A stretch of DNA of 64,000 nt, from positions 1,056,001 through 1,120,000 of the forward strand of contig OY820579.1 of assembly GCA_963681965.1 (NCBI GenBank). Reading direction: 5' to 3'. Under the pieces are notes generated by a model, which saw nothing but the letters and a program-made list of their open reading frames with translations, made no database searches and was not told where the DNA came from. A program made the translations under genes and the position numbers. Numbering within the stretch: position 1 is the stretch's first letter; every line of letters begins with the position of its first letter. This document shows positions 1 through 9,200 of this stretch, in pieces. The stretch comes from a bacterium. Lineage in GTDB: Bacteria > Electryoneota > JAOADG01.

Positions 1-2
1 GT

Positions 3-2804
3 AATACGGGAATCCAATCGTTGATCGTGCAACATTCCGGCAATCGACCATTGCTGAATGGTCACTGGATCAATATCAATGGTCCATTTCGTGTAACACC
101 CAACGAGATTCAACAGTTATTAGAAGGAAGCGCGAATACTTTCAATCTTTTGTTCGAACCGTTGGCACCCGGTTTCTACTACGGCGCGGTAGCATTGGTA
201 TCGAATGCAATCAATGGCGATACGCTTGTCATTCCGTGTCGTGGAATTTCACCTTCTATCAACTTAACTAGTCACAATGTTAGCGATACGCTCGTCGTTG
301 GCTTCCCCGATACGATTCGATGGACAAGTCAATTTCTAGGTGAAACAGTACGGATCGAAATCAATCGCAATTTCCCGAGTGAAAATTGGTCGACGATCGT
401 CGATAACCTTGAAAACACCGGTCAAGCAGTATGGTATGTGTCGGAACCGAGTTCGAATACGGTTCGATTTCGGATTTCCTGTTCGACAAATCCGACAATA
501 TTCGATCTTTCAGATACCAATTCAACAATTATTACGCCACTGAAAATTCTACATCCAATCGCTTCCGACTTGTGGCGGATCAATGCTCTCGATACGATAC
601 TTTGGCAACCAACCGGGATTAGCGGGACCGTACGAATCGACTTGAATCGAAATTATCCTACCGGAAGTTGGGAGACAATTGTCGTTTCCGTTCCCAATGA
701 TGGACAGTTTCTCTGGTGGCATGTGACGGGTCCAGCTACAAGCACTGCACGGATTCGAATTTCTTCAAATGAATCTGCGGGTATCGCGTCACTCTCGCCG
801 GGAACGTTCCAAATTTATGCACCCTTGCAGCATCCGAATGGTGGTGAAACTCTACTGGTCGGTACTCCCGACAGTGTTCGATGGCAATATACCGACATCA
901 CTGGAACACTAACGATAAAGTTGAATCGATATTTCCCTCGAGGTACATGGCAGACGATCACCTCATCTGCTCCGATAGAGACCGGATGGTTTCCTTGGAT
1001 ACCGAATGAACCGGTATCATCCGAAGCAAGAATCGCGATCATTCCGAATTCGGATAATACTGCTGCCGATACATCCGACGCGAATTTTATCATTCAGCAA
1101 CGATCATTGTCGATTATTCGACCGATCGGTAACGAACAATTTCTTGCGACTCGCGCCGATACTATTTGGTGGAATTGTTCCTATCCCACCTTGCTAACGA
1201 TTGTCTTGAATCGAAATGGGCGAATATTCAATACACCGGAAACACTGGCAACCAACGTGAACTCGTTGTTGGGTATGTACCACTGGATTCCCACGTTACC
1301 GGCAACCGATAGTGCATTTATCCAAATCATCGATCAATTGTCACCAACAATCACTGGATCTCTTAATCCATTCCGGATCAGGAATGCAGTTGTCGCATTG
1401 ACCAAACCAGCAGTCGGGGATGCGTTCTATTTTGGGGTTCCCGATACAATCCGGTGGATCGGTACTTCAAATTTAACAGGCGCATTAAATATCGAAATTC
1501 AACGAATCCCCGGTGGACCGTGGGTACCGTTAATTAGTAGTTCCGAAAACAATGGCGCTTATGTTTGGTCACCCGATGGCACGGAAAGCCAATTCTGTCG
1601 AATGCGAGTTCGATCGTTAATGAATACGGCAATTTCCGATTCCAATAATTTCGAATTTCCGGTGAGATATTGGAGTTGGTCGATGCAGCCTTATGTAGCA
1701 CGCAATCCGAATCGATTGACGAGTGTTCAAGAATCGTGGTCGCCGGCATTTCCCTTCGATCCCGGAACCGCATATAAACCGCCGGTTGAAATCATCTACA
1801 CACCGCAAATGGGTACACGACACAATCCCGATTCGGTGCGAGTAACCTATACTCCGTTTTCTACCGACGATTTGACCGATGCAACGACGATCAATCGAAT
1901 ATGGACGATTGTTCCGAGTAGCGAGGAATTTGAAGACGCGACTCTAAAACTTCGATTTACCGAGACTCAAGTACCGATCGGAATTCCCGATCCGACAACG
2001 GCAGACCCCGAATTCTACAGTATCAAATCTGAAGATGAGGGGATGACATGGATTTATGTCCCGGGTGGTAGTTTCTACCACGATCCATCGGCTCCTACCG
2101 CATTCATCTATGAAATTCCTGGATTGGATAAATTCTCGACATGGACAATCACCAATAGTGGATTCCAGCCGGAAGTTTCATATCCCGATGGTGGAGAGAA
2201 TTTAATCGTTGGACAGACCGACACAATTCGTTGGGGAAACAGTATTAGTGGCGGCAATGTCACCATCGAACTTAATCGGGAATATCCTGTCGGGGAGTGG
2301 GAAACTCTGTTTGCTTCGACACCAAACGATAGTGCCGAAGCATGGGTTGTTACGGAACCGATCACGTCACAGGCACGAATCCGGATCGTTTCCGATTGGT
2401 TCAGTACCGATGGCGATACGTCAACGTCGAATTTCACGATCAAACCTACAGTAGATTCTTCACCGAAATCGCTTACTTCGCTAACCGTTCTACCGGATAG
2501 TACTTCAATGGTGCTTAATTGGAACCGGGTGGATAGCACTGTCAGCGGATTGCGGATGATTATCGATGGCTATAAAGTCTATTATAGCTCAACCTGGAAC
2601 ACTGCGACCACTTTGTTGTCGACATTGTCGAACTGGCGCGATACAGTTTATACCGACACGAACGTCTGCAGTGGTACTACACAACGGTATTACATCGTAA
2701 AAGCCTTTATGGGGGCGAGTAGCACTTCGGTTTCACGTCCACTTGAAACCGCCCGCAGAAGTTATCTGCAACCCCGATATCGGAGTCGATTTTACAAGCG
2801 ATAA
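3..2804 (+). CDS. Large surface/secreted protein (5' truncated by window edge): ASH/choice-of-anchor-D-like Ig segment, six Kre9/KNH-like Ig repeats, C-terminal FN3-like domain
   Basis: The frame is open from the window edge, so the TTG at 21 is not a credible start. Six repeats of the type PxGGE..VGxPDTIRW...IELNRxYPxGxW...NxGxxxW.. are present. The C-terminus LNW..GYKVY..YTD..YYIVKA is FN3-like. Confidence 0.7.
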   Translation, partial: NTGIQSLIVQHSGNRPLLNGHWININGPFRVTPNEIQQLLEGSANTFNLLFEPLAPGFYYGAVALVSNAINGDTLVIPCRGISPSINLTSHNVSDTLVVGFPDTIRWTSQFLGETVRIEINRNFPSENWSTIVDNLENTGQAVWYVSEPSSNTVRFRISCSTNPTIFDLSDTNSTIITPLKILHPIASDLWRINALDTILWQPTGISGTVRIDLNRNYPTGSWETIVVSVPNDGQFLWWHVTGPATSTARIRISSNESAGIASLSPGTFQIYAPLQHPNGGETLLVGTPDSVRWQYTDITGTLTIKLNRYFPRGTWQTITSSAPIETGWFPWIPNEPVSSEARIAIIPNSDNTAADTSDANFIIQQRSLSIIRPIGNEQFLATRADTIWWNCSYPTLLTIVLNRNGRIFNTPETLATNVNSLLGMYHWIPTLPATDSAFIQIIDQLSPTITGSLNPFRIRNAVVALTKPAVGDAFYFGVPDTIRWIGTSNLTGALNIEIQRIPGGPWVPLISSSENNGAYVWSPDGTESQFCRMRVRSLMNTAISDSNNFEFPVRYWSWSMQPYVARNPNRLTSVQESWSPAFPFDPGTAYKPPVEIIYTPQMGTRHNPDSVRVTYTPFSTDDLTDATTINRIWTIVPSSEEFEDATLKLRFTETQVPIGIPDPTTADPEFYSIKSEDEGMTWIYVPGGSFYHDPSAPTAFIYEIPGLDKFSTWTITNSGFQPEVSYPDGGENLIVGQTDTIRWGNSISGGNVTIELNREYPVGEWETLFASTPNDSAEAWVVTEPITSQARIRIVSDWFSTDGDTSTSNFTIKPTVDSSPKSLTSLTVLPDSTSMVLNWNRVDSTVSGLRMIIDGYKVYYSSTWNTATTLLSTLSNWRDTVYTDTNVCSGTTQRYYIVKAFMGASSTSVSRPLETARRSYLQPRYRSRFYKR

Positions 2805-2837
2805 CTCAATTAAATTCTTTAGTCAAAGGATTTCATC

Positions 2838-5800
2838 ATGTCGGACAATTGGCTGTCGTCCATCACTGAAGATATCGAGAAACTGGCACAATTAATTGCG
2901 CCAATCGAAACAAAATCGCTCAATTTCATTGAGGGTGAGCGCCGTGAGGTTGCGATTCTCTTTCTGGATCTTCAGGGTTTTACTACAATGTCCGAATCGA
3001 TGGATCACGAACAACTTCACAAACTGATTTTTGGTGTAATGAGAACACTGGCAACGGTGATCGAACAACATGGAGGATACGTCGATAAATTCGAGGGAGA
3101 CTTGGTGATGGCGCTTTTTGGCGCGCAGCACGCCTCGGAAAACGATAGTATCCGCTGTGTTCAGTGCGGACTCCGGTTGTTTCAAGCACTCGAAGATATC
3201 AATCGACTGTTAAAAGAAAAATTGGGATTTACCCTTGGGGCGCGGATCGGTATCAATTTCGGATGGGTTACGGTAGCTCCCGATCCTTCTGGACATCTGA
3301 CTGCGATCGGCGATGATGTTAATCTCGCTTCCCGGATGGAATCATCAGCGACTGTTAACACCATACAAGTGACGGATTCAGTTGTAAAGCAGTGTGGCGA
3401 GTATTTTGTTTGGCAGGATTTAGGACAAATTTCGGTTCGCGGTAAACATGAACCGATTCATGTTTATCGTCCCATCGGGTTTGGCAAGACTGTGATCGAG
3501 CGCTGGGATCGCTCTAAGCGGGTTCAGCAAGTTCCTTATGTCGGTCGGCAGTTATGGTTGGATCGTCTACTCGAAATTTGGTCTACAAGATCGGTGATCG
3601 AAAATCCACGTAGTTCGCCAAAGCACTACTGGGTTGGTATTCACGGCGAAGCCGGTATCGGAAAATCGCGACTGGCGTTTGAATCCGATCAGTCGATTCG
3701 GAAATCAGATCCCGAGTGTATGATCATCAAAGGGCAAACTACCGCGATTGCGCAACCGCCATTTTGGCTGTGGATTACATTACTGAAAAGTTATTTCAAA
3801 TTCAACGACGCGACTCCCGATTCGGTCCAATTTGCGCAAGGGATTTCCCGTTTAAGATCGATAAATCGTACACTCGAACCGGCAACCTTCGATCGAATGG
3901 TCTTGTTGTTGGATTACATTTTGTCGCTTTCCAGTCCCGATGCAAGCATAAAAGCGATGGATGAAAAATCGCGGCGAACCGAAATTACGCTCGCAATTCG
4001 GGATTTTATCCGGTTGATAGCCCAATCGGTAAACCAGTTAGTTCTGATTTTAGACGACTTGCAATGGCTCGACAGCGGTTCGCGAGAAGTGCTAGAATTC
4101 ATCGTATCAAACTGCGAAACCGAAATGCCGATTTTTTTTGTTGGGTGTTACCGTACCGATCGCGACGACGGTCAACCAGTATCATTTACGATGAACGATC
4201 AGTATCTGATCAGCGAAACGATACGATTGAATTACTTGCCCGAACCGGAAATAAAACAATTAATCAACAACATTCTGACCTGCTCAGATCCGTCAACGAT
4301 TGCAATTCCCGATCAAATTGTCGACCAATTGACCAAGTATTCGCAAGGTAACCCGTTTTATCTGGAAGAACTGCTGCTCGATTGGATTGAAACGGGTAAA
4401 TTAACTGTTAGCGATGGCAAATGGATCGTCGAACAACCCATCTCGGATTTTGGAATTCCTACTAGTATCGCCAGCTTGATTCGTGCTCGCATGGATCGCT
4501 TATCGAAACAAGAGCGCGGTGCTTTGCAGCAGTGTTCGGTACTCGGCTTTGAATTTACACAAACACTCTTTCGTAAAGTTAAAGAAAAAATCGCCGAGAA
4601 GTATGCCGAAGATGTTGTACTGAAAGAGTTGGAGTTTCGAAAATTTTTAAGAAGTCTGGTCAATCTGGAAAATCTATTTTACCGGTTCAGGTTGACGACC
4701 ACCCGCGTTGTCGCGTATGAAACCTTGCTAATGCACAACCGGAAAATCCTTCACCACTTGACTGCAGAGACGATGGAAGAGATGTTCAAGGATGAATTGG
4801 ATATTGTATCCGAGATGCTCTCGATTCATTGGGAATTATCTGAAGAGTGGGATAAATCGATTGAAAGTGGTATTCGTGGATTGACATTTTTGTATCAATC
4901 CTACCAGAACCGGGAAGGATATTTTCTCGCAGAGCGGTTGTTGGAGTTGCTCCACAATAATTCCAACAAAGTCTCCGATTCAAAAGCATCTGAAATTGCG
5001 ATTCTATTTGCGATGGAGCGATTCTGCAATTTTCAGGGAATGCGCGATCGTCAGCAATCGATATTAAATCGCCTATTGGAATTGGTAGATGTTAATTCCG
5101 AACAATTTGTCGACGCGAAGGTCCGAGAAGGCAACCGCTATTTATTGACCGGCGAATATCGCAAAGCTGACGAGATTTATAACGAAGTACTTCCGATCGC
5201 CGATCGGCTCGAGCTAAAACAATTCGTCGCTTCATGCAAAGGGAATATTGGATTACTGCAGATATTCGATAAAAAGTATTCGATAGCCGAAAAATTGCTG
5301 ATTGAAGCAGTTGAAATCTTTCGGTCGATCGGCATGAAAGCTTACGAATCGTCATTTTTAATGAATCTCGGCGGTCTGTTGGCATCGCAACGTCGGATAA
5401 ATGAAGCAATTCCCTGTGTCGAAGCGGCGATTATTAATTTTGAGGCAATGCAAAACCGCCACGCTATCGCAAATGCGATGTCAAATTTATCTTTTCTAAG
5501 AATGCATCAACATCAGATCGATGATGCAATCGATCTGGCAACGAAAGCGCAGACAATTTTTTATGAAGTCGGGGATCGAAAAGCGGAAGGAGTTACGCTA
5601 TCTAACTTAGGTCACTTGAATCTGAGAATTTCGAAATTCAGTGAAAGTGAACACTATTTGAAACAAGCGCTCAAAGTGTTAACCGAGGTAAACGATCTAC
5701 CTACGATTGCCTCTGTGTATATCAATCTGATCGATCTGTTCGAACAACAAGCACGAAAAATCGATGCAATTGCAATCGTTGAATCCGCTATTCCACTTTT

Positions 5801-5867
5801 CGAAAAGTTGGGTCGGGCGGATGATGTTGGCGAACTGAAAAAGAAGCTAGTTTCGCTATCTTCTTAA
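2838..5867 (+). CDS. Class III adenylate/guanylate cyclase fused to STAND-type AAA ATPase and TPR repeats
   Basis: Cyclase motifs AILFLDLQGFT, DKFEGD (adenine-specifying Lys) and IGDDVNLASRME. Walker A GEAGIGKS, Walker B LILDDLQW, GNPFYLEE, then C-terminal TPR-like helices. RBS AAGGA upstream. Confidence 0.92.
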   Translation: MSDNWLSSITEDIEKLAQLIAPIETKSLNFIEGERREVAILFLDLQGFTTMSESMDHEQLHKLIFGVMRTLATVIEQHGGYVDKFEGDLVMALFGAQHASENDSIRCVQCGLRLFQALEDINRLLKEKLGFTLGARIGINFGWVTVAPDPSGHLTAIGDDVNLASRMESSATVNTIQVTDSVVKQCGEYFVWQDLGQISVRGKHEPIHVYRPIGFGKTVIERWDRSKRVQQVPYVGRQLWLDRLLEIWSTRSVIENPRSSPKHYWVGIHGEAGIGKSRLAFESDQSIRKSDPECMIIKGQTTAIAQPPFWLWITLLKSYFKFNDATPDSVQFAQGISRLRSINRTLEPATFDRMVLLLDYILSLSSPDASIKAMDEKSRRTEITLAIRDFIRLIAQSVNQLVLILDDLQWLDSGSREVLEFIVSNCETEMPIFFVGCYRTDRDDGQPVSFTMNDQYLISETIRLNYLPEPEIKQLINNILTCSDPSTIAIPDQIVDQLTKYSQGNPFYLEELLLDWIETGKLTVSDGKWIVEQPISDFGIPTSIASLIRARMDRLSKQERGALQQCSVLGFEFTQTLFRKVKEKIAEKYAEDVVLKELEFRKFLRSLVNLENLFYRFRLTTTRVVAYETLLMHNRKILHHLTAETMEEMFKDELDIVSEMLSIHWELSEEWDKSIESGIRGLTFLYQSYQNREGYFLAERLLELLHNNSNKVSDSKASEIAILFAMERFCNFQGMRDRQQSILNRLLELVDVNSEQFVDAKVREGNRYLLTGEYRKADEIYNEVLPIADRLELKQFVASCKGNIGLLQIFDKKYSIAEKLLIEAVEIFRSIGMKAYESSFLMNLGGLLASQRRINEAIPCVEAAIINFEAMQNRHAIANAMSNLSFLRMHQHQIDDAIDLATKAQTIFYEVGDRKAEGVTLSNLGHLNLRISKFSESEHYLKQALKVLTEVNDLPTIASVYINLIDLFEQQARKIDAIAIVESAIPLFEKLGRADDVGELKKKLVSLSS

Positions 5868-6151
5868 AACTCACTGACATGAGAGTCATGTATTGTAAGG
5901 GAAATTTTGGTAAGTGTAATCGCGCACAAACCGTAATAATTTATTGTGTGTTAAGTTGTAATAGCAACATGTAATAATATTAACAGGGTAAATATTCATC
6001 TAAGAATTATATGTATCTATATTATAATGAGATATAGATATTTTAGCATTCACAGTATTGGCGATCAGAACTAAATTACATTTTCTCGACTTCTCCAATT
6101 GTAAATCACACGTAATTCACTTACCATAATAGTGTAAAGAATGCGGACAAT

Positions 6152-6176
6152 GAATTGTTAAGTGTCTTAACAATTC
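6152..6176. promoter_or_regulatory. Perfect 11-bp inverted repeat, candidate operator/enhancer
   Basis: GAATTGTTAAG-tgt-CTTAACAATTC in the AT-rich spacer, about 90 bp upstream of the sigma54 activator gene. Confidence 0.45.
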
Positions 6177-6262
6177 GAAGTGCTACTATCGGTTCAATTG
6201 ATCGTAGATATTGACTGCGTACTTCCTGCCCGTGACTAGATTTCCATAGAAGATTCGCGTGA

Positions 6263-9200
6263 TTGAATATGACAAATTCAAACTTAACGTTTCCGGACTA
6301 TTTTGCACATCGATACCGAGTTGAAAGAATATTGGGTAGTGGTGAAAACGGAACCGTATTTCTTGTCCGCGATATTTTGCAGCATGATCGATTACTAGCC
6401 CTCAAACGATTCCATCCCGGATCAATATCCGAAAGCGCTTTTCATTCGACAGCCAAACATCTCCGAGCTATCCAGAAATTGAAATGCGATGGTTTACTCA
6501 CTGCCATCGAGTTCGGCTTCGATCAACATAGTCAATTCTTTTATACTTCGGAGTATTGCGCCCACCCATCGCTGGAAGAAGAGTGGTGGAACCTTACTAA
6601 CCCAGAAAAGATAATTGTGTTATACGATCTTGCTGACATCATGCTTTCTCTTCATGATCATCAGGCACTTCATTATCATTTACACCCACGCAATGTTTTC
6701 ATCAATTTGTCAAACTTACGTAGTGACAATCGTCAGGGAAAAACGGTTCTGATCGGAGATTACTGCTTTCTGCCGGAAGAAAAAATCAGTGGCGGTTGTG
6801 CCGGGTATCGAGCACCGGAATTTGTCAATGATCAAAAATTCGACCACAAATCGGACATCTTCTCGTTCGGCGTGATCGGGTATTCTCTGTTAATGCAGCT
6901 TCCTCCGGACTTATCAACTTTAGCTGATAATATTAACAGTTTTTCGACCTCAGATGCTGAGATGGTTTCGAATAATATGATTGATAATTTATCGAAACTG
7001 CTGGTATCGCAACTTTTCCGCTGTATGAACCCCGTACCTAACTTTCGCCCCTACGATTTTCGCGAAATAATTTCGATTTTTCAGTATTCTCGTCAACGAC
7101 CTGATTGTAACGAAAAGTTGATTGTATCATTTCCATTTACCGGTCGAAGCGGTGAATTAAGGTTTTTAGGATCGATACTACACGATACGAAACAAGGCGA
7201 GCAATGGGCAGTAAATATTTTCGGTAGTAAGGGTGTTGGAAAGAGTCGATTGATTGACGAGTTTGCTTTCAATTATCAATTTAATGGTGGAATCGCTCTG
7301 TTTGTCGGCTCATCACTGATCGATACGCTTAAACGCTTCAATCCCAATCTATCGAGTAGCGAAACGGATCGTCAACTGACTAATCAGGCGATGCATCAGC
7401 ATTTTAGTGACACACTAATTTCTATTACTGACCACAAACCGATCGTAATCTGCTGGAATCAATTCGATCGTGCGGATACCGCATCCATAACTCTATTCAA
7501 AGAATTGCTGCTGCTTTATCCATCGCTACCAATTTTCTGGTTGTTGGAGAGTGAGTTGCCGGCACTGAGTCTCGATGGATTAGGTTTTACCGATCGGGTT
7601 ATTCGTCGCGAATTATTGCCGTTTTCTATGGAAGAAGTTGAAAAACTACTTCAGAACGTATTTCCTCGAACCGAGCATACTGGTAATTTAGCAAAATTAT
7701 TGAGTACACATTTCGGGACTCGACCGGGTTGGTTTGAATATGCAATAAATCGATTGATATCAAACCGCGCGATCAGTAACAACTTTGGTCGATGGGAAAT
7801 CGATATCGGATTAACCCAAAAGCTACTGCACGAAGATGGGGAATTAGTTCGAGTCGACCTTAGCAAGCTTTCGCAAGACGCTCAAACATTACTGGAGTGG
7901 ATGGCAGGACGGTCGAAACCGTGTCGAAAAGAAGAACTGCAATCGGCTATTAGCTTGACGGAGAGTGGATACTTTTCGGCAACGAATCAGTTGTTAAAGA
8001 TCGGGTTAATTGAGATTCATGGACCCGTGTTGAATATCCGATATTCGGCAGTGCGCGATGAAATCATCCGCTGCCTTTCGGAAAATAAGCGCAAAGTACT
8101 ACACAGTTGGATCGGTCGCTGGTTGGAAGAAAATATTTCGAATACTCCGAAACAATCCGAACTGTGGGAGATCGTTAAACATTATTATGAAGGCAGCGAC
8201 CGGTCATCATTCTTGAGAGTAATCGAAGAGTTGATTGCGAGATTTTATCGAAAACCGTCTTTGATCATTGACACGGAAATAATTCTGAAAGCGCTGTTAG
8301 AGCAGGATAGTCCGCTTCAGATGGAAAACCAATATCGCGGGTATTATCTGCTAGGTTTGTTGTATATCTTTACCGAAAAATTTGAGAAAGCGGTATGGGT
8401 ATATCGAACGGTATTAAGTACGAAAGCCTTCAAACCATACTACACTCTCTACTGGGCGCACAATATGTTGGGGCAGGCACTTTATGCCATGCAGGATTTT
8501 GCGAGTGCCGATCGAAATTTCCGACTTGCCATACGGTTGAATAAATCGCAATCGATCGATGAATTACCGCAATCGTTGCGAGCGCTGGCAACAATTTGTC
8601 ACAACCGAGCCAAGTACGACGCTGGGATCGAGTACATCGAAAAATACTATCAATCGATTCAACAAATTGAAGATTTAAATCGGAAGTACGACGAATTGTT
8701 CCGGTGTGGGCGCCTCTACTACATGTACAATATTCGCGAAAAAGCGGTCGAGCTTCTTCAGGAAGTTTACAATTGTACTCAATATACATCCAGTTTCATG
8801 AGACACATATCGTATGACACTATTATCAAAATTACGATGATGAAAGGTGAATTTCGTCTTGCCCTGCAAATGCTACAAAAGTATTTAATGCAACATAACG
8901 ATCCGCTACCTAGTAATCTGCAGTATAAGTTCGACTACACGAGAATTTTGTGTTATATCTCAACTGGGAAAGCCGACCAATGTTGGTTGCTGGTAGATAC
9001 TTATCAAGTACAAATTAAAATCTATCTCAATGTTTCAAGTCGCTTGCTCATTTCCATCGATTTAGTGCAACTTTTTTATTATTTCGGAAAGTTTCAATCG
9101 GGTTTGAAAGTTTTGCGGGAAGTCTTCTTATTATTCCGGGTGAGCAAACATCATTCGAATCTGCCGATATATTTAGCTTGGGTAGCGCAGTATTTCTATT

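Noticed and set aside
2884-2899. TGGCAC..TTGC sigma54-like motif
   Set aside because: GG-to-GC spacing is 11, not 10, and it lies inside the cyclase CDS.
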